Origin: Paraspadella gotoi
Lineage: Eukaryota > Animalia > Chaetognatha
Length of the DNA stretch: 64,000 nucleotides
Assembly (NCBI GenBank): GCA_051294375.1
Contig: CM119264.1
Location: 26,508,008-26,572,007, forward strand
Reading direction: 5' to 3'
Both the position numbers and the translations under genes were made by a program. Each line of letters opens with the position of its first letter. The stretch's first letter is position 1. Shown piece by piece: positions 14,448 through 28,411 of this stretch. Below the pieces are notes generated by a model that saw only the letters and a program-made list of their open reading frames with translations, was not told where the DNA came from and searched no databases.

Positions 14448-17400
14448 TTCTCTCCCAGGAATCAAATGTTTGTCTTTTTACTTTTGGATTTCGCTTGGCG
14501 AAATAAAATTCTTTTGATATCACGAAAATCTTTTTTCCTTTTTCTTAAAATTTAAAATACGTTTCCCCTATAAAATTCTTGTTTCGATGAATTTTTTAAA
14601 ATAGAGAAACTTAAATAAAATAACTAAGAACAAACTCAAAAAATTCACGCGCGAAAAAAAAGAGATTTTTAGAAAAATATACGATCGTAGAATATGGAGC
14701 GTTGTGAAATGTGAAGGAGAACCACAAAAACTCACAGAGGCGAAATCCGATTTTGTGAAGAAAATAAAACGGGTTTGCCTGTTTTTATATGGCCGCCATT
14801 TGCCTTCTCTTCTCTTTTCTTTTCTTTTCTTTTATTGTCTTTTTTTTCTTCTTTTTCATCTTTTGTCCTTTTTTTTTTGATCCAGCGAGATTTACCCTTT
14901 TTGAATTCGATAGCGTTTGTATCTCTTACGCCCTCTTATGCTCACCGATAACGTCTCTCTCTCTCTCTCTCTCGAAATCATGCGAGCGCGTCCTCTTTCT
15001 CTCTCACGCTCTCGTCTCTCACTCTCTGCTCGATTGCTCTCGTCCCTCTTCCTTCTCCTAAGCCTCGCGTGACCAAGGGGGAGACGTTATTTGGCGACAA
15101 GACACGGTTTATCAGGAGTAGATATGCGGCTTGGGGCGACACTCGGGAGAGTGGGCTTCTCTCTCTTCTTCGAGGATTACCTGGATACTTCGGTCTCTCG
15201 GAGGGCCAGGTGAAGAGGTAGAGGGCGAGAGGGATTAGGAGGGAGAGAGCAGAGAAGAGTAAGAGAGAGAGCCCGAGAAAGGAGAAGCAGAGGAGTGGAG
15301 GTAGAGACGAGTTCGAAGAGAAGCTTTGATTGTGGGAGTAGAACGAGAGAGAGCAAGTATAAAATAGATGACGATAAGTAAGAGAGAAGAGACGCACATA
15401 TACTGTTAGACATTTATAAACACGAACTTTATTGGAGGCTTCCACTGACATTGGCGGCGTGTGATTATTCTTTCAACTTTTTGCCATTCTGCGTCAGTTC
15501 AATAGCTATTTCCCGTCTTCGATACTGTGAAGGGGGTTGCTGTTCACCGCTCCGCGGTACGCCTCCGAGTGGCGGAATTTTTTTGCTTCCCTTTGTAAGT
15601 TGAGGATCCTCGTGTACTATTGCCTTCCCTGCAAGCCATTAAAGAATATATGTGAAGAATATGGATTGTTTTTGGGCTCCAGAGTAGCTAACTAGGCCAG
15701 TTTTAGTTTGTGTGGGACTGTATCTCCGTTGACCTGTCAAGCGGCTTTTATAATCGCCTGACCCGAGCTAACGCATATATCTTCTTTGAAGTAATTGGAC
15801 TATACTGACCGCAGACAGACAGACAGCTTGGACCTATAAGAAGAGTTTAGGATAAAGGGTTCAGGATTAGGTAAAGGTTAGGCATTGGATTATAAACGAA
15901 ATAATAAGGTTGGAGAGTTCACTTAATAAGATTTATAGAGGATAAGTATAAAATAAAAATGTTTGGGCCACTTCCCGGAAAAGAGCCATTTAATTTATGT
16001 TGGTTAAACAGCCACGAATCTGATCATCACGCAAGTAAAAAAAGACTTAGAATTTTCGTAGAATTTATGCTAAATGAGAAGGTTGATTAGTTTTTTTTAA
16101 CTTTTTAAACATATTGTAAACAAATTTCATTCCTTACTTTTTTGCAATTCAAGAGTTATTATTAAAATTTATTCTGTGCTACTTTATATTCATGTCATGT
16201 ATAATTTATCTTTCTTTGTAGGTACAAAATTGTTGTTATTTAATATTTTTAGTAGACAAATGTTATTATTGTTTTTAAATTTTAATTATTGTTATTCGTT
16301 TACTAGTTTTAAACTAAATATTTTTAAATATTTTTCAGTAAGCTTTTGTAGTAAAGTAGGATTTTCTAAAAAGCAAAGGTTTATTATGTATCAAGAGGAA
16401 ACAAAGTGTCACACTCGCTTATGGCGTATCATACGATCAAGGATGCAAGATAGAATTATGTATGATGTTTTATACCGTGCAGCCCGTGATCTCTTGTGTA
16501 TATATACCGTCAAATCACTTGAAAGATCGCTAAAGATCAGAGACCGAGAGGAGTTTATTTCACGCACTTAACACTTAATTTAACAGAAGTTTTTTTTTGT
16601 TTAGTTATTGAGAAGTAAGGAAGTTAAAGAGTCGACAGTCGCTTCTAGGCGTTAGGATAAAAATCCTAATTTTTTGGAAAAGAGAAATTATATTATTTTT
16701 TTGTTTCAATGTTTCCGGAGACCATTTTTAAGTAATTCGTGTATCACTTTGCAAATATACATAGTTTTTCGTCCTCACCCTGCCCCTATAGCTTAAGTCA
16801 TTAATACACGGAGCAGCATTTCATCATAAGTTCAGCTTTGGATTTAAACTTGACTTCCAGCTTATAATCAACAGAATATTGGGTGTTTGCAATTTCCCTT
16901 GAATTCCCATCTTAATATTAAATTTAGGATAGTTTTTTAAGTTAACTATTATATTAGTGGTTAGGCGAATTATGTTAGGAAACCGTGGTTTTGTAATTAG
17001 GGTGTAGGGATTCCAGCAATGTTAAGGTGGCTTAGGAGTTAAGTTTGAAAAACTATAGTTGAATAGGGTTAGGTTTGAATGCGACTAAGCTTTAAAGTAT
17101 TAAAGGTTAAGGTTGGGGATTATAAGATTAAAAAAGCATATAGATCAACAGGTTTTCAAAAGATAAATTCGTTCTTGATAAATATAAACATTCATTAGGG
17201 CATTTTCGTGGAAAAGAGATCCCATGAGATGGGAGCTTTTCGTCGGAAAAGAGGAGCCCAGAAATGGGGGCACTCTCGGAAAAAAGAGAGCCAAAAAAAA
17301 ATATAATCCATAGGTTCATCGCCACTTATATATATTTATTTTTTTCAAAGTGTGCGTGGTTTTTTTAATAAATCCAATTATTATATTTTTCATATTCCTT

Positions 17401-17635
17401 GATGGAATCTCCTTCGCCCCCAGCTGATAGAAATTAGCACAATGACCTTGTTAATAATATTAACTTTGATGTCGAAAATTGTTTCAAAAAACATTGGTAT
17501 TGTTCAGCATCTTTTTAAAAAACACGATAACTGACTCGATGAACGATACTCTTTAGTTGCGTTCATTTTTCCGTTTTTTTAACAGTAAACATATATGTTC
17601 TAGTTTTTTGNNNNNNNNNNNNNNNNNNNNNNNNN

Positions 17636-18559
17636 GAGAGAGAGAAGAGAGAGAAAGGAGAAGGAGAAGAGAGAAGAGAGAGAAGAAGAGAGAGAGAGAG
17701 AGAGATGAGAGAGAGAGAGAGGAGAGGACAGCGATTCCAGGTTTTATGGAGGATGACGATCATGCTTCGGATGTCGCCCGACGTCATGACGAAGTCGACG
17801 ACGACGACGACGACGAACAGACGAACGACGTGCTCCCAGTCCCGCCCTTCCAATCTTCGTCTCCCATTTCAACTCCATCTCCCAGTTTCCGTCTTTCTTT
17901 TTTTTTCTTTTTTTTTTCTTTTTCTCCATTTCTATTTTTTTACTTTTTTTTTTCATTCCTTTTTTTTTTTGTCATTTTAAATCATTTTATTTTTCCTTTC
18001 TTTACTAGCATTTCTTTTTTTTTTCAAATTTTCTTTGTTTATTTTTTTTCCCTGGCTATCTTACTCCGCTTTTGCACTACCCTTCTCTTTCTCTATCAAA
18101 GTTTCCTCTATCTATTTTAAACCTCCTCTACTATTTTTTTTCCTTTCCCCTTCTTCTTTTCTCTATTTTCCATTTCCTCTTTTTGTTGTTTGTTTTTCTT
18201 TAATTATTTTTTTCGGCTATTTTTTCTTTCTTCCTTACATTTTTTCTCCTTTCCTTCTCTTTCCATTTCTACCCTCCGATTCGCCCTTTCCTCGCGTTTC
18301 CTCCTCTCTCAACCTCTCGCTTTCCCTCCCTTCCTTCCCTTTCGCTTCGCGAACGTAGCCAAAGGTTTCAATGAATCAACGATTGGGAATTTTTTTTCGT
18401 GCCAAGGGGACACGACGAACGACGACGACGACGAACAAAACGGACGACGATGACTTGAAAAGCAAACCACAGACCGAGGGAAAACTTATGGAGGTATGAC
18501 GACAATAAACAAACAATTTTAATGGCGGAGAACGAGAGAGAGAGCAGAGAGAGATTGTT

Positions 18560-18613
<54 letters not shown>

Positions 18614-19160
18614 AAGAGAGAGAGTTATTAAGGAAGCGATCTAAGACAGAACAAATTTTCGAATTTGGGGCGCCCAACAAGTGATGGATAAGACGGGGAT
18701 GAGAAAATAAAAGAAAAGTAAAAACAAAAAACAATTTAGTAAAGAGAATAAAGATAAATAGGCAAAAACAATATGGAGAACTTTGGAAAGAATAAATACA
18801 AATAGGAAATTTAAGATGAACTAAGATAACTAAAGAATAATGAACAGTTTCAGGACAGAGTTGGTGTGGGAAAAGTGGAGAATGACAAGGAAAATAGCGA
18901 GCGGAGGGATGTGGCAGAAAGGAACAGATAGTAACAAGCGAACAAGCGATAAAGAATGAAATGAAAAATGGCGAACGTGGGATGGTGGGATGATTGGAGA
19001 GATGCAACAAGTGACAGTGACAAAGAATGACGGGAAAATGGCGAAGGAGGTGGCAGAACGGGAGACTCTTTTTTCAGCTCGCGTTTCTTTTTGTTTACTT
19101 TCCTCTTCCTCTAACTGATCTTTTGTTTTTCGTTTTGTTTGTTGAGGCGCATCTCTCTCT

Positions 19161-19195
<35 letters not shown>

Positions 19196-21246
19196 TCTCT
19201 CTCTCTCTCATCTCTCTCTCTCTAGATCTCTCTCTCTTCTGTCTTCTGCCTCTTTCTCTCTCTCTCTCTCCTTCCAGATTTTTTTATTCGCGGTAAAGTC
19301 CTCATTTTTTTTCAAGACAACAGCCCACCAGCGACAAACAAACAAAGGAAAAAGCGAGAAAAAACACAACAGAAAAATTGTCCCTAAATACTGTTAATCG
19401 CGAATTCGTTAGGAGCCGATTCTCGCCATATTTTTTTTTTTCTTTTCTTCTTTCTTTTCTTTCTTTCTTCATTTCTTTCTTTCTCTTGCTTTTACACTTA
19501 ATGTGTCTATTTTTGTGCTTCGGTATTCTGGTTTTATTTTTTTCATTGTCTTTCGGTTTCATTGTCTCCTTTTCTTTCTTTTATTTTATTTATTTATTTA
19601 TTTATTATTTATTTATTTATTTATTTATTTTCTTTCTCTTTCTTTCTCTTTCCTCTTTTCTTGTATTTCTTTTCTTTTCCTTTATCTTTCTTTCTTTTCT
19701 TTATTTCTATTTTTTTTTTGGATATCTCCTCTCTCTTTCTCTCTCTTCTCTCTCTCTCTCTCTCTCTCTCTCCTCTCGTCTCTCCGCCTCCTGCTCCCTC
19801 TCTCTCTCTCTCTCATCGTCTCTCTCCTTTCTCGCCTGTCTCTCTCTTCTCTCGAGTTATTCGCTATGTTCGTTTCCTTTGTTCGCAATTTTTGCATCTT
19901 GTTTTTCTTTCTGCAAAGCAACCGTTTTCAAAAGTCAATAACCAAAAAAGGCGATTTTTGTTACTTTTCCTTCTTTCCTTTTTTCCTTTCCTCCCTTCCT
20001 CGCATTTTTTTGTTTTTCTTTCTTTTCATAGTTCAATCGACGCTCGAAATCTCTTTCTCTCTCCTCGATTAGAGTTTTCTTCGCGGTTTAGAAATTAAAA
20101 AGTTTTTAAATAAAACGAGAAATTAAATCGTAAATTCGTTCGGAGATTTGTAAGAATGAGTACGCCTTTGAAGTTCTTTCCCTTTTCTTTCTTTCTTCCT
20201 TTTTTTCTTTCCTTTCTTTCTTTTCTCCTTTCTTTCTTTCTTTCTTTCTCTTGTTCTTGTTTTCGCTTTTCTTTCTTTTATTTTTATGTTAATTATTGTG
20301 AGTTTTATCGATTGTTTATCTCCTTGTGTTTCAGGAGGTGACAGTGTAGTATAATTCTTTTCTTGTTTTCTTTTGTTTGGTTGTTTATCTTTTTCTTTCC
20401 CTTTATCTTGTCGCTCTTGTTTTCTCTTTTTTTTCTTTTTTCCCATTTCTTTTTTCGGTTTGTTTTATTTTTTCTTTCTGATTTTTTCTTGATCTTGATC
20501 TCCTTATATTGATTTTATGTTTTGTCTATTTCCCTTTTCTTGTCCTTGTTTTTTTTTATTTTTTTTTTTGTTTTAAGTTTTTGTGTTTTTTTTTGTTCGG
20601 CCTTTTATGGTTTTTTTTTGCTTCTTTTTCTTTTATATTGTATGTAGTGGTATTTATTAGTTTTTTCGTGATTGATTTTACTCTTGTCTTTTTATTTTTC
20701 GTTTTCTTTTTTTCGTCTGTCTCTTTTTGGTTTTTCTCTTTTTCTCTTTTTTTCGTGTCTTTCTTTTTCTTAGTATTTCGTATTGGAGATTTTTTTTTAT
20801 CCTACGATTTATGAGGGTACAGGAAGAGAGGAGGAAATATTAGGATTATTAGGAAAGAAAGATTATTTGGCCTGTAACTGTTAAGATGGGGAAATACAAC
20901 ATTAAGAGACATTTTTATTTTTCTTTCATTCATTAAAAGAATAAGTACTTAATCTAGGAACTTCAGAAAAAAGAAGAAAATCTTGATATGTATAAGAAGT
21001 AAAGTAAGATAAGAACATTATAGTATTATTTGTAGTGTAATAAGTATTCATTGCGGGATTAATCAGCTTGTGGTATCTTTTTATCTTTTTTCTTTCTTTC
21101 TCTTATTTAAATGGGTAATTCGGCGATCAGTTGTCTTTTTTTGTTCTTTCGTTCGCATCCGGTTACAATTATATCTTTCTCAGACGTCTGTCGCCTTGAA
21201 AATCTCAAAAGTCACTCGTTGGGAAAAGATCTAAAATAAGAGAAAT

Positions 21247-21308
<62 letters not shown>

Positions 21309-23213
21309 GGAAGAGAGAAGAGAGAGAGAGAAAAGAGAGAGGAGAGAGAGAGAGAGTACCTTGCGTACTTTACAATGGGTTCGAAGGCGTTCCAGTAGAA
21401 AGCGGGGGCAGCTTCTCCGCTTTTCCTCTCCAATGACAGGCGCAGTTTTCCGGGCCTCTGACGGGCGAAGAAGAAGCGTGAAAACAAAAGGAGCAAATCC
21501 AGGGAAATCACGTGACAAAGGTGGCGGCCGTGACGACGGGAGGAGGGGGAAAAGCAGAGGGAGAAGGTAGAGGAAGGGAGAGGAGAAAAGGGGAAGAAGT
21601 GGGCGTGGCAACGCGGGAGAACCGTTTCCCGTTCGACGAGAGGACCGCTGAGTGATTTGTTTTTTTGTTTGTATTGTTTGTTTCCGAATTATTTTTTTGG
21701 TTTTCGATTTTTGTTCCCCCTCCCCGCCCGCGTTTTTTTTTCGCTGTCTACGTCTTCTCGGCCGACCTTGCTCGGCTATTTCTTCGTACGGCCGGACCGG
21801 TTGAATAATTTCCCGGGCTGCCTGACGAGCGCGATTTCGGCTCGTGCGTCGTCGGCGTCTATCAGTCCTCAGTATGTCTTTTCATCACGAAATCGAATTT
21901 ATTGGCATATGATGCAGAACGAGTGAACGGTTTCCGGAGACAACCATTTCCCCTTCAGCCGAAACTGACGGGTCCTTACCTATCATCGTCCGTACAAAAT
22001 CCCCGTCGTGCTCGTCGGTCGTTACAATTCGCGGTCGCGCCGACAATCGTCACGGCGATTCCCCGTCTCCCGGGGAATCGAGCGTTCACCGAAAAAATAC
22101 TTCCGCTGAGATGAGTCTTTGCCCGGATGAGATGACGGCGTCGATTCCGCGAACAATCGGCGGCTTTCAGTCAGACGGATGAGGATCGAAGCGTCCGATA
22201 GAATCGGCGCCGATTGCTGCATTGGAAAAAGAAATTAAGATGGATGACGGCGCTATTACGGGGGCGGTGGCTCCGGCGGCGGTGGCTGACGGACGGATCC
22301 CGCGGCGCGTAGCATGACGAGGCGCGATCGGAGGACGGGCGTCGGAGAGGCGGCGGGGAGTTTCTCGTAACGCGAGAGAGGGAGGAGTAGAAAAAGAGAA
22401 TCCGACATCTCATTTCTTTACCGTCGTCGGCGGGATCCGCGGTCGAGTTTTTTTCCGGCGTCGATCGAAATCGGCGACACGATACTTTCGACTAACCTTC
22501 GTGGCGCTGACCAAACGGCGGCGCTTCTTTGAGTTCGGGGTCATCGTCATCGTGACGAAGACGCGCGCGTCACGGAAGGTTGGATTTGGCGGCGTGCAGG
22601 AGAGCGATGCGCAAAGGATAGAGAGAAAAATCGATATACAAGACATCGCGGGTAGGCGCTAGTATTCCCCGGGGCAGGCGGCGGGCGGGGAGAAATGGCG
22701 CCACGGGGAGGTTTGCAGGGCGCCGAGCGTCGTTGAGGTGGCGTCGTTTCGATTTTGACGCTAGAGTCGCTGCTTTCGATGGCGGTTCCACGTTGATTTA
22801 GGCGCAACATCGTCTTAGAATTTTTTTTTATGGTTTATATACCTCTAAATATTTTATCTTAATACAATTTCTTCTTCTGTTTTTTCCATTTGTTAGAAAT
22901 AAAACGCTTAACATTTTTTTTAAAACGGAGATTTTCAACCTGAAACCCAAGAGACGAAGGAAGAAATAAGCCAGAAAACCCCGATCGAAACACGCGTGTT
23001 GTGTTGTGGGCATAATTTCCAAAAATTTTTCGAAATCTCATTTTCCCTGTCTGATTCCTTATCCCTGTATGTTTTTTTTTTTTTTTTTTCTTTTTTTTTT
23101 TTTTTCTTTTTTTTTCTCCGCAAAGGGACAATTAATTTTTAATATCTTCGGTCTTCGAAGGAATGATGAAGGTGTTTCGAGTGAAAATGATCGGGGTAGA
23201 AAGGAAGAAAACA

Positions 23214-23240
<27 letters not shown>
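17636..23240 (-). repeat. Inverted, indel-rich duplicate of 8407-12280 plus 13188-13290
   Basis: Collinear reverse-complement match with dense 1-2 nt insertions. The block lies between 25-N gaps (17611-17635 and 24315-24339). Confidence 0.92.
21374..22810 (-). pseudogene. Frameshifted copy of ephrin exon 1 (most likely a long-read error copy, not a true pseudogene)
   Basis: Fragments RLNQRGTAIESSDSSVKIETTPPQRRSAPC, MTMTPNSK, GKDSSQ and FYWNAFEP occur in different frames and in the same order as in 8713-9824. Confidence 0.8.
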
Positions 23241-23310
<70 letters not shown>

Positions 23311-24569
23311 CCTCTCTATCTTTCTTTTCTTTTTCGTTCGACCGAACGCGAAAGATAATTCCCCAGGATCTCCGGAGGAGGAGATGCCATCGAGTGCGCT
23401 GCGTTTCCATTCTCTCTCTTTCGTGCAAATTCTCTCTCTCTCTCTCTCTCTCCTCTCTCTCCTCCTTCTCTCTCTCTCTCTCTCTCTCTCTCCTCTCTTC
23501 TCTCTCTCTCTCTCTCTTCATCTTTTTTCTGCACACCAGCGCCATGACGTTTTCGCACAGTTGTTTGTTTTTCTTTTCTCGCGTTTTAACTGCGGAGACA
23601 TGACTTCTTATGATTCGTCGGTGGTGGCATTTGTTTTTATTTGGAGAGTGGTAGGTGGGAGTGGTGACTGGAGAGTGGCAGATGGCACAGTGGCGGACGG
23701 GAGGGGGTGGTCGGGGAGTGGTGTCTTAGATAGTAAAAGAAGAGAAGTATTTAGAGATGTTTGGGTGACGAAATCTGTGTGATCAGAATCAGATTGGCAG
23801 TGGTGGGTGGTATGTGGTTTTTCACTGTGAGTCACAGTCTCATGATTCAGACTCGTGGCAGTGAAAAGTTAAGTGACGGTTAGTGAATTAAAGACTTCAA
23901 ACCAAAGTCTTCGTTTAAAAGAAGATAAGCAATTTTACATCTTCAAAGTTTTTGCGATTAAAAAGTCGCCAACAGAAAAAACTACGATCATAGAAAATCC
24001 AAAAAAAGACGAATTATCTTTTATTCTTGGAAAGAAAATGGAGTAAAAACCCCGACTCTGCCTCGTTTAGCTCTCAGCTTCTCTTTTTATGGTCTTTTTC
24101 ATCAGTTAACGCCGACACGCTGCCAATGCGAATTGCAGATGGTCGAGCCTGTTAGAATTTTCGTTTCTGTTGTGATCGAAAGCGAGCGAAAAAAAAATTG
24201 TAGATTCGAGCGAAAAGTCTTGATAAGTTTTAGGTTCTTTAATCTTTGTTGATTCTGCTTGGTTGCTATTTTTATCTTTCCTTATTTCTTTTTTTCTTTC
24301 TTTCTTTCTTTCTTNNNNNNNNNNNNNNNNNNNNNNNNNTTCTTTTTCTTTCTTTCTTCTTTCTTTCTTTTCTTTCTTTCTTCTATTCCCTATTTTTTTC
24401 TCTTTCTTTCTTTTCTTTCTTTCTTTTCTTTCTTTTCTTTCTTTCTTTCTTTTCTTTCTTTCTTTCCCTATTTTTTTACTCTTCTTTTCTTTCTTTCTTT
24501 CTTTCTTTCTTTCTTTTCTTTCTTTCTTTCTTTCGTTCTTTCTTTTTTTTATTTTTTCTTCTTTTTTCT

Positions 24570-24830
24570 TTTTTTCCTTTCTTTTTCAATCTCATTCCTG
24601 CTCCCCCCTCCTTTTTTTCCCTTTTCTTTTTCCCTTTAATTCTGGCGTTGGATTGGCCCTCGAATGTAAATCTCTCTCTTTGTTTTTCTTTCTTTCTTTC
24701 TTTCTTTCTTTCTTTTTTATTTTTTCTTTCTTTTTTCTTTTTTCCTTTCTTTTCAATCTCATTCCTGCTCCCCCTCCTTTTTTCCCTTTCTTTTTTCCCC
24801 TTTAATCTGGCGTTGGATTTGGCCTCGAAT
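24570..24830. repeat. Two-copy local direct repeat (about 165 bp period) within a TTTC-rich tract
   Basis: ttttcaatctcattcctgctcccc...tctggcgttggatt..gcc(c)tcgaat occurs twice. Confidence 0.8.
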
Positions 24831-25791
24831 TAAGGATCTCCTGGCTTCCAGTCTCTTTAATTGTGAGTCTGCGATGATAAATGAGGGAGAGAAGAAATTA
24901 AACCAAATCCAAAAAAAGGAAAAAAATTAAAGAATTAAAGAAATGGAATGAAAAGAAAAGTTTGAATCATTGAACCGAAAATTGGCAGAGAAAGAAAATA
25001 AAAGAAATGAGAAAAATTAAAAGAAGAAAAAACAGGAAAAAATTGTGGAGAAAGATTATAAAAAAATAAAAAATGAGAAAAAAATAGAAAAAGAAGAAAG
25101 GAAGAAAGAAATGTAACTACAAAGAAAAAAAGAAAGAACAAATTGAAAATAAGAAAAAAGGAGGAAAGAAAGAACAAATTAAAAATAATATTTAAAAAAG
25201 TGTAAAATTAAAAAAAAAGAAGAAAAGCTCGGTAATAAAAATCAACTATAATAAACCAGAAATTTAGCGAGCTACGAAAATACTTGCTAAAAATAAATGG
25301 TGCTCGAAAGAAATAAATAAAAAAAGGGACAAGAAAAGAAAAAAAAGAAGAAATTAAAAGAAAAATGAAAAGAAAGAAAGAAAATGAAAAAAAAAGAGTG
25401 AGACGTCGTCCTGATCGTAGTAGAGAATTAATGAAGGGCGAAGAGAAATTGATGTTGTTCTTGATTCAACGTGTCGCTTCGAAAGGAACCACGATTCTTT
25501 ATATCTTTCTTTCTTTCTTTCTCTCTTTCTTTCTGTCTCTTATCTCTCTTTTTTTTGTTTTATTTTAAGCTTATATTGTTTCTTTATTTTTTCCCCATTC
25601 TCCCAAGTCTCTTTTTTTAATTATTTATTCCTGATCTTTATCTTTTGCCGGTTTATCAGATTTTTTTCTCTAGCTCTCTGTCTGTCCTTAACCTACTAAG
25701 TAGAAACTATTCTCATATTCAGTTCTCTCACTCCCTCATTCTCTCTCTCTCTTAACTGTTCCCATTTATTTATTTTCATTCTCAACCGTGG

Positions 25792-25838
<47 letters not shown>

Positions 25839-26168
25839 ATTCAGTGGGCGGAATTATCACAAGTTCTGGCGTTTCTTACTTTTTTCTTAAGGAATTGTTG
25901 TTCTTTCTTTTACTTTCTTTATTTTCTTTCTTAAACTCGTACCGATCTTTCATTCCCTTTTAATCGATATGAATTTATTTTCTTTTCTTGTCTTTTTGAA
26001 TTTTATTTAAAAGTTCACATTCGTTGCTTGAAATAATTCGGTTCTGTTAGGAAAAGATTTTCCTCTCCATCTCTCGCTCTTTTTCTCTCTCTTTCTCTCT
26101 TTTCCTTTTTTTAAAACGTTATCCCAGAAAAGCCAAGCTTAAGATAAAATCCAACGCTCGGAATAATG

Positions 26169-26206
<38 letters not shown>

Positions 26207-27005
26207 NNNNNNNNNNNNNNNNNNNNNNNNNNNNNNNNNNNNNNNNNNNNNNNNNNNNNNNNNNNNNNNNNNNNNNNNNNNNNNNNNNNNNNNNNNNNNN
26301 NNNNNNNNNNNNNNNNNNNNNNNNNNNNNNNNNNNNNNNNNNNNNNNNNNNNNNNNNNNNNNNNNNNNNNNNNNNNNNNNNNNNNNNNNNNNNNNNNNNN
26401 NNNNNNNNNNNNNNNNNNNNNNNNNNNNNNNNNNNNNNNNNNNNNNNNNNNNNNNNNNNNNNNNNNNNNNNNNNNNNNNNNNNNNNNNNNNNNNNNNNNN
26501 NNNNNNNNNNNNNNNNNNNNNNNNNNNNNNNNNNNNNNNNNNNNNNNNNNNNNNNNNNNNNNNNNNNNNNNNNNNNNNNNAAGCAAGCAAGCAAGCAAGC
26601 AAGAAAGAAAAAAAGAAAGAAAGAGTGTGGGAGCGTGTGAGAGAGAGAAAGATAATTTCAAGTGCCAATAGAGTCGAAAGTAAAAGCGGGGTAAGTAACT
26701 TAAACTTCCTCCCTTTTGACGATTCGGGTAAAAAAAAAGACAGAGAAACACGTGCGAGGCTAATGTGTTTGCTTTTTTTTTCCTTTTTTTCGTTTATTCT
26801 TTGCGCTTTATCCGCTTTTTTTTTCTATTTCTTTACTTTCTATTTTTTTTATTCCCTTCTTCAGGTTTTATTGTAGATTTTCCTTTTTCAAGTTTTTTTT
26901 CTCAAACGTCTCTTCCCCAGCGAACGCTCTTAGCATAACAATAACTGACTGTACACTTGTACAATATGCATAATTTACTAGGGCAGTTCCTCAATAGAGG
27001 AGAAG

Positions 27006-27041
<36 letters not shown>

Positions 27042-27494
27042 NNNNNNNNNNNNNNNNNNNNNNNNNNNNNNNNNNNNNNNNNNNNNNNNNNNNNNNNNNN
27101 NNNNNNNNNNNNNNNNNNNNNNNNNNNNNNNNNNNNNNNNNNNNNNNNNNNNNNNNNNNNNNNNNNNNNNNNNNNNNNNNNNNNNNNNNNNNNNNNNNNN
27201 TTCAATCGCCATGTTAAGCCCGAATCTTCAACTCATTTGTTTTTCCGTCAAGATTCACATTTTTCTTTCCCGACGTAACTTTTTTTTTCTCCTTTTTCCT
27301 CAACTTTTCTTTCTTTTTTCCCCCTTTTTCTTTCTTATTTTTACTGACTTTTTTATCTCTTCTTTCTTCTTTTTGGTTTATCTCTGGTTTTTCTCGAGTT
27401 TTTTTTATTTTTATATTTTTGTTTGTTTTTTTTTCGGATGAATTTTAAAGATTGAATCTATTTTTTTAATTATCTTCTTCTTTCTCTACTAAGG

Positions 27495-27750
27495 ATCATC
27501 GCCGACTTTCCTTTCCGGTCCTAGACTTCTCGCCTCAGTCATAAACTTCTCTTTTCTTTATTCCCCGTTTGATCCGCCCACTTTTCTTTCCGGTCCTTGA
27601 CTTCTCTCCTGAACTTCTCTTTTCTTTATTCCCCGTTTGATCCGCCCACTTTTCTTTCCGGTCCTTGATTTCTCTCCTGAACTTCTCTCTTCTTTATTCC
27701 CCGTTTGATCCGCCTTCTTTTCTTTCCGGTCCTTGACTTCTCTCTTAAAC
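27495..27750. repeat. Minisatellite of about 69 bp, about 4 copies
   Basis: The unit cttctctcctgaacttctct...ttattccccgtttgatccgcc...ctttccggtccttga recurs. Confidence 0.88.
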
Positions 27751-28039
27751 TTATTTCCTTTCATAATTACTAGTATAGATCCTTATCTTTTCAATGTTCA
27801 TACTAATATTATCTTTTTATTTTTCTTTAACTCGATCTTCTAATTCTCCTCATTCTTCTTCTTTCTCCTCTTCTTCTCTCTCCTCATTCTTCTACTTTCT
27901 CCTCTTCTCCTCTTCTCCTCATCTCCTCATTCTTCTTCTCTCTCCTCATCATTCTTCCTTTACTCTTCTACCTCCATCTAATCCTTCTTAAAAATCCTCG
28001 GGGGTTTCACCCACTTTCATCGTCGACGTCCTTTAATCC

Positions 28040-28076
<37 letters not shown>

Positions 28077-28117
28077 NNNNNNNNNNNNNNNNNNNNNNNN
28101 NTTCTTCTTCTTTTGGC

Positions 28118-28381
28118 TCACCAATCGGATGATGAGATGGGAATGGCATGTAGACGAGTGGGATCATTACCAGGGTCCTTCTTTTTTGTCTTGTTACGAC
28201 CTATGGTTCTCTTTGGGAGAAAACAGTCGTCGTTTGATTTTGATTCGACGTCGGAGAAAGTTAGCGACTTCGTGATGGAACATGCTGTGGACATTTTATT
28301 CATGTTAAATGTTTCGTCATAAATATTATATTTTTTTCCACAATAATTCGATAAAAGAGTTCTTTCTGTTAAAACTATCAT
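28118..28381 (-). CDS. Hypothetical protein, 87 aa (island ORF)
   Basis: ATG-initiated, non-repetitive ORF (MIVLTERTLLSNYCGKKY...) starting 30 nt after the inferred stop of the upstream ORF. Confidence 0.3.
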   Translation of the reverse strand: MIVLTERTLLSNYCGKKYNIYDETFNMNKMSTACSITKSLTFSDVESKSNDDCFLPKRTIGRNKTKKKDPGNDPTRLHAIPISSSDW

Positions 28382-28411
28382 AATTAAATATTACACTATA
28401 TGGCATCTAGA

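Noticed and set aside
16960-17125. ttagg-like motifs as a telomeric array
   Set aside because: The motifs are sparse and non-tandem, so this is not a true (TTAGG)n or (TTAGGG)n tract.
21374-22810. A second, real ephrin paralog
   Set aside because: The differences are insertion-biased noise spread equally over coding and non-coding sequence, inside a block flanked by 25-N gaps. A long-read artefact is more likely.
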